DNA of 64,000 nucleotides from Octopus vulgaris (GCA_951406725.2 OX597820.1:57846001-57910000), one strand, 5' to 3'; positions 1 through 14,147 are shown, numbered from the stretch's first letter. Numbers and translations: made by a program. Notes: a model not told the origin generated them from the sequence alone.

Positions 1-101
<101 letters not shown>

Positions 102-199
102 TTGATAAAAATGGTAAGACAACAAAAGAATGTAAGAGACCTCGATATTATGTAAATAGAGGAATTTATCTGTAAATGTAATATGTGACAATTATTCGG

Positions 200-273
200 T
201 AGCCATGATAAAACTCCGAGTTTCGGATGCCGAGGTGTAAATCCACGCCGTCATCTCTTCAGTTATCCGGCTA
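200..273 (-). ncRNA. Type I hammerhead ribozyme motif (PLE/retrozyme-type)
   Basis: Minus strand reads TAGCC-G-GATAA-CTGAAGA-GATG..CATC-C-GAAA-CTCGGAG-T-T-TTATC-AT-GGCTA. The CUGANGA and GAAA cores are intact, stem I is GATAA/TTATC plus TAGCC/GGCTA, stem II is a long hairpin, and stem III is near-palindromic. Confidence 0.7.
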
Positions 274-541
274 TCGGAAAAATGCTATGAAAAATGATCG
301 TTATACAAAGGGAAATTACTGTGTGATTGACCGTTATTAAGACAAAAGAGCTATTTGAATGACCGCTAAGTGAGGGGAGGGAGTGAAAGTAAGGGGGTAA
401 AAAAGTTCATAGTATTCGCATGAGTGCGCATGTTCATACCTACACATACGCACCCGTACACCCACGTGCATGCGCCTAAAAGTATACACTCATCCACCCT
501 CACTTGAAACATAAACATCCTCACCCGCACCATTCGCCAAA

Positions 542-617
<76 letters not shown>

Positions 618-963
618 CTACACACACACAGACACGCTCCATAATGGTTCATACACACGTCTATATACACACAAGCACAACATAAAAACAGGGCTGGACG
701 TGGTTTTCTCATAGTTTTTTTTTACATATTTTCTTGTAATTTTGCTTTTAGCCCTGTTTTTTCTTGTGTGTAGACGTGTGTATAACTATCAACACTTAAC
801 TTAACCATAGTCGACAGTTTATCAAGTCTACTTCGAAATCTTCAACGTTCTTTATCTGGAGGCACTCTTTTCCCGGAATATAAACAAAGATATATCGAGA
901 AATGCGGCATATTCTTCAGAATATAATACAAACCAATTTATGAATAATATTAAATCGTTTGAA

Positions 964-1406
964 GGCGGCGAGTTGGCAGAAATATTAGCACGCCGGGCGA
1001 AATGCTTGGCGATAATTCGACTGTCCTTATGTTCTGAGTTCAAATTACGCTGAGGTCGACTTTTCCTTTCAGCCTTTCGGGGTCGATAAATTAAGTACCA
1101 GTTGCATACTAGGATCGATTTAATCGACTGGCCCCCTTCCCCAAAATTTCGGGCCTTGTGCCAAGAGTAGAAAATAATATCAAATCGTTTGAAGGCGGCG
1201 CGCTGGTAGAAACGTTAGCTCACCGGGCGAAGTGCTTAGCAGTATTTCGTCTGCCTTTACGTTCTGAATTCAAATTCCGCCGAGGTCGACTTTTCCTTTC
1301 AGCCTTTTGGGGTCGATAAATTAAGTACCAGTTGCGTACTAGGGTCGATCAAATCGACTGGCCCCCTTCCCCCAAATTTCGGGCCTTGTGCCTAGAGTAG
1401 AAAAGA
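964..1406 (+). mobile_element. Two tandem copies of tRNA-derived SINE family A (tail type 1)
   Basis: Head GGCGGCGAG(T/C)TGGCAGAA with A box, B box GTTCAAATT, body CCTTTCGGGGTCGATAAATTAAGTACCAG, tail GGCCTTGTGCCTAGAGTAGAAAA. The ~230-bp unit is repeated together with its upstream flank. Confidence 0.88.
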
Positions 1407-1475
1407 AAATGTACCCCAGGAATTATTTTGCTTGTATTCTATTTCATATACAGCAGAATATAATCTATCTATCTA

Positions 1476-1567
<92 letters not shown>

Positions 1568-1671
1568 CCTATCCACACATACAATATATATTTATATTTA
1601 TATACACGCATAAATATATTCATATATGCACACATGCATGTGTACTTGAGTGTGTCCTTGTGTAATCTGAT

Positions 1672-1715
<44 letters not shown>

Positions 1716-2102
1716 GCAGAACAAATATGAAAATATAAACATCATTAATATTGATATAAATATCAATTTTCATAAATATTAATTTAAGAATACTGTGAGA
1801 GCCATATTATCGTTATCAAAATCAGTGCATCGTAAACACTTTATTTAAAACGAATTAAAAAATCATCCGTTTATTATAATCAAATCTCTAGATGTTCTTC
1901 TGAACATTTTTAATTAAACTACCACATTGCTACTAATGTAATGCTTACAGAAATCGAAATCAAAGATCAAAGAAAAAAAAAACGCGCTAACTAAGAAGAT
2001 GTGGAAGGTAAATGGTGATGGCGTTGGTCGAATCGTATGTTGGTACAGGAAATAGAGAAACTGGTGTGTTAAATTGGTCAGTGTGATGGGAGTATATAGT
2101 GC

Positions 2103-2104
<2 letters not shown>

Positions 2105-2133
<29 letters not shown>

Positions 2134-2545
2134 TGTATGTATGTATGTATGTATGTATGTATGTATGTATGTACGTACGTACGTACGTATGTATGTATGT
2201 ATGTATATATGTATGTATGTATGTACGTACGTACGTATGTATGTATGTATGTATGTATGTACGTACGTACGTATGTATGTATGTATGTATGCATGTATGT
2301 ATGTGTGTACATAATGTATGTCCATATGTATGTATGTTTACATAGGCATATGTTTAGTTGTATACACACACATACACCCAGAGAGAGAGAGAGAGGGGGG
2401 AGAGAGAGGGGGGAGAGAGAGAGGGGGAGAGAGAGGGGAGAGAGAGGGGGGGAGAGGGGGAGAGGGAGGGAGAAAGTGTGTGAGAGACACAGACAGACAG
2501 ACAGACAAATCGGCAGACAGGCAAACAGGCAGGCAGGCACACATA
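2105..2545. repeat. (TATG)n/(TACG)n, (GA)n and (GACA)n compound microsatellite
   Basis: Direct reading. It accounts for the ORFs between 1914 and 2610. Confidence 0.95.
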
Positions 2546-3640
2546 CAGAGACAGAGAGATGATATTATCAAACGGTTATTGTTATCAAACTTTAATCTAA
2601 AATGAACCAAATAACTATTTATTTGAATTAGAGGTCAAGATATTGTTCATCGTTTCAAAGTAATCGCAGACGGCTTCCACTGTGTCTGTATTACCATATG
2701 AATTGTGAGGCATGTATCATGTATATTTTTTACATAGATATTAAATTACAGTTTGTGTTCTACGAAACATGTATCGGTCACTGTCTCTACAACAAAACTA
2801 AATATGAATATGCATGTGTGTGTGAATGCATGCATGCATACATACATATGTACGTACATACATAATACATACATCTACAGCTATTGCCTAATGCGAGCAT
2901 TTTCTCCATGACAACCTGCAGTGAAAATGGCCTTTTTACAAGTGAAATATTTGAACTGATTAAAAACTTTGTATACGTACGCTCGTACGTATGTATGTAT
3001 ATGTGTGTGAGAAGTACGAGTGTGTGTGTGTGCGTATGTTATATTCTTTCTTAGTGAATTCTGAGGAACAGAATTGAATAAATCATCTCTAACATGTCCT
3101 ACATGTTAAGATATCCTACGTAGCACATGGAAATTAATCAACAATTGCCGGAATGATTTCAGCATTACACAAGACTGCTTATACAGGATAATGATGAAAC
3201 GATTGTAGATGAAGCATTAAAATTATTTACTAACTCCATTCCTTGATTTTTGTGATCTACTACATAAGTGGAAAATCGTGTATGTTTGTTTATGGCGTTG
3301 TTAGCTAACTCCTCCTACATCGTTTTATAGATCTTGATGAAACTTGACACGTGAGTAGAACTCATGTCTGGAAACCTCGTGACAGATTGTTGAAAAAAAA
3401 TTGATAATACGGCCCCTGGAAGGGATCTTAATATTTACGTCATATAACTATTTTTTTAAAAAACACCCAAGGGAAATAACCCATAGCACTTGTACAATAT
3501 TTTTTAAACACTCAAGGGAAATAACCCATAGGACCTGCACTTACAGTTGTTAGTTTATAGCGAACCGATCAATATTTGATTCTCACGATCAGCGGACCTA
3601 ATTTTGCATTTCACCACTCACAGTTTTCAACTGCTAAAAA

Positions 3641-4649
3641 ATGAAAGCGACAATGAGTCTTAAGGGGGCTTTTGAGGCTCTTGACAGATTACTTCAAGAT
3701 CTGAGGCACAACTCAATGCTAATGGGCGGCATAACAGTACTCCTGGCAGGCGACTTTTGACAAACACTCACAGTCGTTCCAAAGAGAACGAGAGCAGATG
3801 AGGTAAATGCGAGCATCAAATCTTCATACCTTTGGAGCAAGGTTAGAAAGTTGAAACTCACAACAAACATGAGAGTTCAGTTAGGTGGTGATGCGCACAT
3901 GGAGAACTTCTGTAGGCAATTAATGGATATTGGAAATGGTGCTGTAATTTTTTAGCAAGATGAGAAGATTAGTTTACCCTTTTGCAATTTGGTGTCAAAT
4001 ATACACGGACTATTGGCGAGAGTTTTCTCCAATCTGGACGCACAATTCACACACCATTGTTGGCTGAGAAAACGTGCAATTTTGGCGCCAAAAAATGTCG
4101 CAGTCGATGGCGTAAACAATCACCTTCTGGAACAACTGCCTGGCGATCGTCGCACATACAAGTCAATTGATGCTGTGCTCCACACCAATGATGCTGTTCA
4201 TTACCCCGTTGAATTCTTCAATAGCCTTGCACCTTCAGGTCTACCACTGCATGAATTGCATCTAAAGGTTGGAGCCCTAGTTATGCTTTTAGGAAACCTC
4301 GATCTCCCAAACTTATGCAATGGCATGAGTCTTATTACAAAAATTGATGTAGACAGTGTTGGAGGCATCAATACTGACTGGGAAAACAAGTGGTGAATAT
4401 GTTTCCATTCCCAAAATTCTTCTGATTCCTTCCGACACACAAATTGATTTCAAAAGGCTACAATTCCCACTGAGATTAAGCTTTGCAATGAGCATCAACA
4501 AAGCACGGAGTCAGACATTGGAAGTGACAGGCCTTATTCTTGCAGAACCTGCTTTTTCTCACGGGCAGCTCTATATCGGATGCTCTAGAGTTGGAGATCC
4601 GGAAAATTTATTTATCTATGCACCCAACGGCAAAACCAAAAATCATTGA
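3641..4649 (+). pseudogene. Helitron RepHel C-terminal PIF1-like helicase, disrupted
   Basis: Motifs AFEALDRLLQDLR, GGITVLLAGDF*Q, LTTNMR, RAILAPKN, YPVEFFNSLAPSGLP, LCNG, RLQFPLRLSFAMSINKA and FSHGQLYIGCSRV. Contains stops and frameshifts. Confidence 0.92.
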
Positions 4650-4692
4650 GTATCACGAAGTCCTGCAAGACTGAAATTTTGGAACAAAGATG

Positions 4693-5010
4693 CCTCTCCC
4701 TCCGACAATCTCTCTTGCCAACCTACGACAACCTCTCTCGCCAATCTCCGACAACCTCCAACAATCTCTCTCGCCAATCTCCGACAACCTCTAACAATCT
4801 CTCTCGCCAACCTCCGACAACCTCTCTCGCAAACTTCCGAAAACCTCTCTCGACAGTCTCCGACAGCCTTTCTCGACAACTTCCGACAACCTCTCTTGCC
4901 AACCTCCGACAGCCTCTCTCGCCAACCTCTGACGAACTCTCTCACCAACCTCCGACAATCTTTTTGCCAAGCTCCGAAAAGCTCTCCTGCCAACCTCCAA
5001 CAATCTCTCC
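4693..5010. repeat. ~11/22-bp C-rich minisatellite (CTCTCTCGCCAACCTCCGACAA) inside the Helitron
   Basis: Recurring CTCTCGCCAA and CTCCGACAA units. They explain the ORFs at 4643-5159. Confidence 0.85.
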
Positions 5011-5217
5011 CTCCTCCAGCTGACAGTTTTTTGTACTTTTTCGCAATGGAAAATACACCTTTTGTGGCAGTTATAAAGAAATTGCTTTCTTATATCAGAG
5101 TAATAAGGCGTTTCAATAAAACATCTTTCCCCCCGGGAATTACTGGGTACACCAGCTAGTTATATATATAAGGGAATTTCACACAAGATTACCGTTACGT
5201 TCTGCTTATATATACAC

Positions 5218-5273
<56 letters not shown>

Positions 5274-5285
5274 TATATATATATG

Positions 5286-5347
<62 letters not shown>

Positions 5348-5580
5348 CATATACTACTAACAGGCGCCATCGTGTCTTCGGAATTTTTTGACCTAACTGA
5401 GCCCATCCCCATACAGATCTGACCAGATAAATCTCTTTCGAAGCCCAGGAATCAGACACACAGAAATATAAAGAAAAGGAGAGAAGTACTGGTATTTTAT
5501 TTATCGATCTTTCGAAGAAGGAACTGGAAATTTGATCTCGGTGAAATTTGAACGCAGAAAGCAGAAAGCAATATGTCCAA

Positions 5581-5754
<174 letters not shown>

Positions 5755-5763
5755 GGTATTTAT

Positions 5764-5997
5764 GCGGCGAGCTGGCAGAAACGTTAGCACGCCGGGCGAA
5801 ATGCTTAGCGGTATTTCGTCTGCCGTTACGTTGTGAGTTCAAATTCCGCCGAGGTTGACTTTGCGTTTCACCCTTTCGGGGTCGATAAATTAAGTACCAG
5901 TTCCGCACTGGGGTCGATGTAATCGACTTAATACCTATGTCTGTCCTTGTTTGTCCCCTCTAAATTTAGCCCCTTGTGGGTAATAAAGAAATAGGTA
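5764..5997 (+). mobile_element. SINE family A, tail type 2 (GCCCCTTGTGGGTAATAAAGAAA)
   Basis: Same head and body as 964-1406 but a different 3' tail. Near-identical to 30851-31085. Confidence 0.9.
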
Positions 5998-6699
5998 TTT
6001 ATGCATATGTATTTATATACATATATGTGTGTGTGTGTGTGTGTGTGCGTGTGTATGTATATACATGCACATACAGACATTCTTAATAACTCGCTGACAT
6101 TTCTGATACGTTTCAATACCAACAGTCATCGGTTGCTTACATACATACTTATATACATACATCGTTATGCTTATACATATATGCGCATATACAATATACA
6201 TAACATACACATACACCATTTATAATTGATTATCTTTTCTATATCCTTCGTTGTCAGCGATTACCCTGGCAAAGAAGAGTAGGTGAAGAAGTAAGGGAAT
6301 ATAATTTCGTTTTGTCATAGCTATAATGTATTATCAAGTCTCTACGTTTAGAAAAAAAAACTAAATAAATAAATAAAATATCAAAATTGCGAAAAGCTGG
6401 AGAATTGATATGAAATCTTGGTAACGGAAGAGGTGAGATTAAATTGATTATCATTACCTCCGATAGAGAGTTCTTTTACTGACATTAATAAATAATTATT
6501 TATAACATTGACACAGCGCTATAGCGTGTACAGTTGTGTAAATCGATTTACAGAACTATAAATGGCACTTATTGCATCGGTCACAACGGGTGTGGAGAAA
6601 AAATGTGATTAAAGCCCGGCTTGTTGTGAGATTTTTCAATCATTGCTTCTATTAGCAGTATGCTTATACTATTTTTTTCCGGGCATGGCTGTACATTTA

Positions 6700-6830
6700 A
6701 GAACCTTGTGCAATCAAATGCACGGAGTTTCAGGATCAGTCCTACTATTAGGCAAGTGTCTTCTACCATATCCCTGGTCTGACCAGTGGCTTTGAGAGTG
6801 AACTGGCAAACGGAAGCTTTATAGAAGCCT
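6700..6830 (+). mobile_element. Degenerate SINE family B, interrupted by a family C SINE
   Basis: GGCAAGTGTCTTCTAC...GGAAGC..AGAAGCCT. The sequence resumes at about 7098. Confidence 0.65.
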
Positions 6831-7097
6831 GAAAAAAAATACTAATAAATGCGCCCTTTTAAAGCCTAGCCAGGCTCATGGGCCCGGTTTCCCGGTTTCT
6901 ATGGCGTGTGTGTTCCCCAGCTGGACGGGACGCCAGTCCATTGTAGCGTTACTCATTTTTGCCGGCTGAGTGAACTGGAGCAACGTGAAATGAAGTGTTT
7001 TGTTCAAGAACACAACGCGTCACCCGGTCCAGGAATCGAAACCACAATCTTACAATCATGATGCTGACACCCTAACCACTAAGCCACGCACCTCCAC
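6831..7097 (-). mobile_element. tRNA-derived SINE family C with 10-bp TSD
   Basis: Minus-strand head GTGGAGGTGCGTGGCTTAGTGGTTAGG...GGTTTCGATTCC. Flanked by ATAGAAGCCT at 6821-6830 and 7098-7107. A second copy lies at 29005-29261. Confidence 0.88.
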
Positions 7098-7248
7098 ATA
7101 GAAGCCTATCGTGTGTATATATGTATATATATGTATATATATATATAACTAGCATGTGTGATGACAATCCTTTTGAATGATAGGATGCAGTAAAACCGTT
7201 TTACAGGGCGTACTGTAAATGCACCAGGGGTGAAGGACCCTTAGCAGT

Positions 7249-7655
7249 AGTGGCTGTGTGGTAAGAAGCTACTACTTCTCTGTAATGCCTTGATGGCAGA
7301 TTGAATGAAATAAAGAAGCTTGCTTCCCAACCACATGGTCGTGGGTTCAGTCCTACTGCGTGGCACCTTGGGCAAGTGTCTTCTAGTATATCCCCTGGCT
7401 ACCAAAGCCTTGTGAGTGTATTTGGTAGACTGAAACTGAAAGAAGCCTGTCACACACACAAACACACGCATACACACACATATATATATTAATGTGACAA
7501 CCGGTGTTGATGTGTTTACGTCCCTGTAACTTAGCGGTTCGGTAAAAGTAACCGATATAATAAGTTGCAGGTTTAAAAAATAGGTACTGGCTAAAATTTC
7601 AAGGAGGTACCCCAGCATGGCTGCAGTCTAGTGAGTGAAACAATTAAAAGATAAA

Positions 7656-7656
<1 letters not shown>
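7249..7656 (+). mobile_element. SINE family B (CORE-like GGCACCTTGGGCAAGTG)
   Basis: AGTGGCTGTGTGGTAAGAAGCT head, GGTTCAGTCC B box, internal CA tract, tail CCAGCATGGCTGCAGTC..GAAACAA..AAAAGA. Confidence 0.85.
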
Positions 7657-7713
<57 letters not shown>

Positions 7714-9088
7714 GTATACATATGTTTACACACATACACACATCCATATGAGTGTGTGGACAAATGAAATAAAGTGGCACATTTGGTGCATGTGCGTGCC
7801 TTTCTGTTTGTTCCCTTCTTTCATCGCTTGACAACCGGTGTAGGTTTTGTTGTATCCCTGTAACCTATTTTGCAGCAAAACAAAGCGAGAAAATAAGTAC
7901 CGGGCTTTAAAAAAAAACTTAACAATTGGGAGCGATTTGTTAGACTAAAACCTTTATGTCGGTGCTCCAGCTTTACCGCCGTCTAATGCCTGAAACGGGT
8001 TAAAGGCTAAAACATAGATAATAAACTAACAACCCATCAGAAGTTAAATCATTTCATGACCGTCATATCTTTTTCTTCAATCCCTTCTGCATATGACAGA
8101 AGCGAAGCTCAAAATAAAATCAAAAAATTGATGATGAAAAAGAAAATTAACGAAATTTTTTTTTTTAAATGATGTTCAAATTAATTTTCTTTTGAGTAAA
8201 TCAAAAACATATGTTTCGTTAAAAACGTGTTTTTCCCTTCTTTTTTTTTCCATTGTATTGAAATTTATTCTAATTATATTTAATTATCAGCGAGAGGGGA
8301 AATCTAGAAAGTAAATTACATATGTTTTATTGACAGAAAGTTTTTTTTTTCAGAAGTAAGTAACCATCATCAAGTCGATCCAATTCGTAAAATAAGATCA
8401 GATAAATCTGTGTGCCATGGAGTGATTGATATCTAATATTTTGGACATAATTTTTTCTTCTCGGAAAGCTGTGAATGAAAACGAGGCTGCCAACAAACAC
8501 ACTTTTCATTTCTTTGAAAAACTATCACCAAGACATCAGATCTCACCCTACGTTTTTATGACTTAGAAACTTATTTAAATTCACGAAATTTTCGACATAG
8601 AAACTTATTTAAATTTACGAAATTTTTAAAGTATTTTTGCAGGCTCTAGCGTTTCTTTTTTAAACTTTATTTCATTAACTTAAAGAAGAAGCCCTCCTCA
8701 GAAAAAGCAGTAAACAAAACAAAGCAAATTATTTTATTAATATAGATAAAGATGGTATATACCACCGAAGAAGGAAAACTAAAGGGTGCAGTGTTTATAT
8801 AAGCAAGAAAATTACTTACTTAATGACTTTAATTGTGTGCATTATGTTTTGTTAACGACAATAGTTTTGCTGTCTATTTTAGCTTCATGATGATAGTTAA
8901 TACCTCTTTCTGTAAACAAAGGTTTAATCGTTATACAAGCTTTTCTATTATTTATGTAATTTTTTAACCGTCAGATAATACCTTACACGTGTTTACCAGT
9001 AAGTGCTTGCCTGAATTTGGCTTGCCTGTTCTTATTCATCCAAACACTTGTGCGTAAATATGCACCTCGTACCTTTACACATGCACAC

Positions 9089-9121
<33 letters not shown>

Positions 9122-10247
9122 TCCACACACTTATAGTTACAGATAATCTCTATTTCTTTATCTATGTGACCATCTCTCTTTATTTTACACGTCTAACACT
9201 CACTTATTGACTTTTTATCTCTTCCTTACCTTCTCGTTCATTGTTCTTCTATTCACCTTATCTTTTCCTTATGTTGTTCTTTCTCCAATTCTCTCTACAT
9301 CAATATCAAGCAATCACTCCTTTTTCTTTTACCCATAACTTTCCCATTCTTATAAAAAAAAAAAATGCTCCTCTCCTTCTCTGCTGTTTCTCCTCTTGTA
9401 AGTAACCATCTTATTTATACATAAAAATGAATTTTAGCTATGTAAAAGTTAACAACCTATCCAGCCTTTTAATGAAATTCACCAACCTTTTACCAGCAAT
9501 TTTCTTCTCAACAACATGCAAGAAACAGCGCCTGATGTTCAGTAATTGACAGTCTCTTTAAATAGTAAGTCTTACTCCACACCATCAACTATATGATGTA
9601 GTGTGCTTTCGGAGAGATTACAATTCGATTATGTGCTTTCATTGAAAGGCACAGCACATCCAGCAGGAATCTTTTCCATATATGCAAATGTTTAAAAACT
9701 GTTAATCATCAACTAATATAATAATGTTTTTTCATGTATATATGAATATAATTTGCTTACTTAAAATTTGATAAATAAATATGGTCTCTCCTAAATAACT
9801 GATTAATGTGCAAATAGTGTGCCAGAGAATATATTTTGTCAATATTTCAACTTGTGTAACTTCGTTAATGTTCACTAAACTATAGTCTGTTGAAATATTT
9901 CATTTTATGTCGGTCAGTGCGCTTGCGTAGCTCAGTGGAGAGGGTATCAGAGTTTTAGAGTGCTTTTTTCTCTCTCGAAAGTGACCTGTTAGTAGCTGGT
10001 TCAAATAATTGCTGGAAGCTTGTTTTATTTTTAGGATTCTCTATGTTGTCAGTTCAAATCCCACCAAAGTCGATTTTGCATTTTTTTTTCTGGGGTAATT
10101 GAAATAAATACTAGTTTTATTTGTAATCTTCTGTGAATTGTAGGTTTTGTGTGTTGCGGAAGGAAATCCGTGACTTATGAAAAGCTTAAACATCGCCACA
10201 AAAAGTTACAAGTTTTTTTAAAAGACAATATAAATAGAACAAGCTTA

Positions 10248-10462
10248 AAGCGGTAATCCGGGAGAATCTTTAACACGCCGGACGAAATGCTCAGCGTCAT
10301 TTCGTTCATCTCTACGTTCTAAGTCCAAATTAAGCCGAGCTTGACATTGTCTTTTATCCTTTCGAGGGTTGATAGAATAAGTACCGGTTGAGAACTGGGG
10401 TCGATGTAATCGACTTTCCCGCTGCCCCAAAACTGCTGTCTTTGTGCCAAAATTTATAACCA
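10248..10462 (+). mobile_element. Diverged SINE family A
   Basis: ACGCCGGACGAAATGCT...CCTTTCGAGGGTTGATAGAATAAGTACC...GGGGTCGATGTAATCGACT. Confidence 0.75.
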
Positions 10463-13400
10463 ATTTGTAAAGCAAACAGAAAGGTCCCCGCTTTTATGTC
10501 GAGAAAGAATGCAACACAGTTTCAGTTTCTGGTTTAATATATTGCACTTCACTCAAACTCTTGAATGTTCCAGGAAAAGAAATTTAAGTCACAACAGCTC
10601 CGTTCTCTAACGTAAAAAAAGATTTAGATTCCGATTGGCAAGTGAGTTTCATTGACCGATATATAAGCTTCTGGCAAATAAACTCTGACCACTGAGTTCA
10701 ATTTTCCGTTGCAATAATGCATTTTCACTTATGTCGGTAATACTACTGAAAAACGTTTGAATATAACAGCTTTCCATTTTCCGACTTCGATTGGCAGGCC
10801 TTGTAGAGCAAAATTTAGAATTCAAAGAAGCTATTAATGACCTGTGTTGGCAACAATTACAACATATAAGACTTTGTAGAATTGTTCAATAAGTCAAACT
10901 GTTGTGAGAACTTGTCTTTAGTGTAAAAGCGAGATAAACAGAAAACGTGTTGCTGTTTACTTTTCGTCGGGAAGTGACAACAATTAAACCTATAGAACTC
11001 TTCTAGTGGATATTGTACCTTATCAAAGATATCAAATAAGAAATCTCTTTGTATTAGAAATCAATAATTTACATATGTTAGAAATCAATATTTCATCTCG
11101 CTCACGCTAGCAAGATAAGTATAACCTTAATTTCTTTTTATATACGGAAACAGAAAGAAAGAGAGTGGCTATTTGTTTTATATTAAAGGAAAAATGAAAT
11201 AATGGGATGTTTCTGTCTTTCCAAAAGGCTTTCGAAGCAAAAGTAAAATAAAAGAATTGAAACAGTCTCGATCTTAGTTTATAGGTTCCTATATACGTAT
11301 CTTAGTGAAGCTCGCCATTACAGTTTTGATGTGCGTAATTAAATTTCATGTCCTTTCTCGAAACGATATTAATTACCTAACCACCAACAGAATTGGTATT
11401 TTTTGTTTCTACAGTACTCTTTGCAGTATCTCCTGTAGGTATGGTTCTCGTATCCATCACTAAAAGTATCTGATCCTTCCTCTGTAAAGAGATATCTGAT
11501 GACTAATGGGGAAAAAATTAAATCTGAAAAATTGCTCTTTGCAAAATGCCTCACAGAGGGTGTCTTCGCTTCTCACAGCGTTAAGAAAGCCGTCGAGTAA
11601 AACCGCTTTTCGCAGTTAACGATAAAATTTTCAGCGGATAGATTCGTTTTCCGCGTTGAAAGAGCTAATAAAAATCGTCGGCATTTTTTATTTATGGGTA
11701 TCCATAGATTAGTTTTGCTATTAAATTCTGTGATGAGAAGGATGCAAGTTGTGAAATTTATATTTTCGGAAAAACTGCATCATAACAAGTACGATATAAT
11801 ATAAATAACCAGAAATAGAAAACCTTGTAACGGATTCCTTTTGCCAGGAATCTACTTCGACAGAACTGGAACATATCATTAAAAAAAAGTTCAGAAAACA
11901 CAGAACAATATTTTTGTAAACGATAGATGTAATATATTGTGTTGCTTCATTTTCACAAAAGACTTTAGGACAACTCAAATATAGCTTCAAATTAGAATTG
12001 ACTCTACTGCACAATCAATTGGCTGTGGCATCCAACATCTAAAAATACATTGACTTCTAATACTAATTTCTGCACAGTATCACATATTTATAGAGAAAGG
12101 GTGTATAGTCTAATTTGAATTGATCCACAACATGACGTCTATATATTTTATCGATTCTCTGAGGGATCAAAGATGCGGTCAATTCCGGCGTGTTTTGAAG
12201 ATGGACGAAAATAAATACTGTAACCCGTTTAGGCCTCACAAAACTATTTCTTCCACTTCACCACCTCCATAACTTAAATCAATTCTTTTACTCTTTCACT
12301 AGTTTCAGCCACTAAACTATAGTCATGCCAGGGTATACCTTTAAGACAGTGTTTCTCAAACGTTTTGAACTATCACCCCTTTCCTTCTACATTTTTACCA
12401 TGTTCACTTCCCAAGAGTCAACGCCTCCACTCTTCTTTTAATGTGTGTGTGTTTCTGAGTATATAATATACGTAGAAATAGGCCAGAGTAATTTAAATCT
12501 GAATCCTGGTTTGACGTAACTATTTGATGCATATTCTTTGTACTTCATATATACTCCACGCATGAAGTACCTGTTGGACTTTAGCTTTATACTCTGATTT
12601 CTGGCTGCATTTTCTCCATGTTCGTACATGCTTATTGATTTGTCTGCAAACATGCGAATTTATGTACGTCTCATGTCTATTTACATATATATAGATTATG
12701 AGATGAACAAATGACACTCATAGCTAGAGTCAAAAACGTCGAAGCATATATGCAGTCACCACCATTACATAACTCTACAAATGCCGTGACCGTCTTTATT
12801 GCGTACATGCAAAACCCCAAATATTTTGATAGTGCATTTTAAATCATATTTAATACCAGCTCGGACGCCTTGCCGTAATTGTTCTGGTTCCTTGCTCTCT
12901 GAATTACAGGTCAACAATGTCCTGAAGATTGACTAAATCACCTGGTTTAACAGCCTAATCTGGTGACTGGGTGCCTTAACAAAGTCTACTGTGTTGCAAA
13001 CATATAGCCCAGGTCTCCGGTTTGAGGATATCTTCCTCCAGTCCTCTCACCAATGTCACAAATCTTGTTATGGGTCATGGGGATACCGTCTTCCCTCATG
13101 GTTAAACTAAAAGGCACTCGAACGCACACACATACTCACATGCACACACATATACGCATGCACATACATACACACACACTCATAATATATAATTGTTAAC
13201 TAATGTTACAGAAAAACTTCAAACCTGATGCAGAAATTGCTATTTTGAACTAATACTACCTGTGCCACTCATAACGAATGCAAATTCAGTCTGCCGGCTA
13301 ATTATGATGTTACTAACTTTTCAATATCTTTTCTGTGTCAATAGCGACTGATTTCTTTTTTTACTAAGTGGTTGCTAATGGGTACTTGTTACTGACGAAG

Positions 13401-14147
13401 CTCAAGGAAGCAGAAATACGTCTTTAATAATGCCACCACTGTTGCTGGAAGATTTTCATCTGTTATATATATATATATATATTTTTTTTTAACACTATAG
13501 TCTATAAGAGATGTTATCTCGAGGCGAATATCACAGTTTATTAGGCTTTAAAGGCATGTATACTGTATGTATGATACTCAAAATACCATTTTAAACTAAT
13601 ATTGCTTCTGTCACCACGAACAAACATCTGTCATCTCAGAGTTGCACAGTCTGAAGCAACACCCTATGATCTTAAGAAACTCTCAGAGATCACTGATGAT
13701 GCATCCCAGAGCATCCATGAGATGTATCTTGGAACGTGTGATTACACAATTGTTCAAGATTCGCCGAGGTGAAATCAGATACTGAGTCACTGTGTTACAA
13801 AGCAAATATTTTATGAACATAAGCCAAGACTCTACCATGCAATATATACGAACATTTTTACAATTAATAATAATACTGTGACTATTTATGCATACATTGA
13901 TATATGTAAATGTAAACGCAAATTCATGAAAATCTACACAATTCATATTTAGATAAGGAAAAATATTTATCGCTATTGGCAAGTATGACAAAAATAGCTA
14001 CACAAACAAGATCAGACTATGGCAACAATGAGGAAAAAGAAGGATAAAATTAGTCCAGACAGATTTTCTGTAATGATCAGAAAGTTTCTGTAAATTTACC
14101 AAAGATAGAATTGAAATGATAAGAAATATATTCATAAGTAGACTGAT

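Larger units (their letters stand above)
3256..5159 (+). mobile_element. Internally deleted Helitron
   Basis: 5' A|TC start (TCTACTACATAA), a PIF1 helicase remnant, a subterminal hairpin CCCGG-GAATTA-CTGGG and a 3' CTAG|T at 5156-5159. Confidence 0.8.

Noticed and set aside
4693-5010. CRISPR-like array
   Set aside because: Degenerate tandem units with no unique spacers, a eukaryotic context and no cas genes.
11495-11540. CTGATGA...GAAA as a hammerhead
   Set aside because: No convincing stem II adjacent to GAAA and no stem I pairing.
12571-12643. Possible 73-nt minus-strand exon (TTTGCAG|...CAG|GTACTT)
   Set aside because: The splice-like signals could be chance. The peptide is not recognisable and no partner exons were found.
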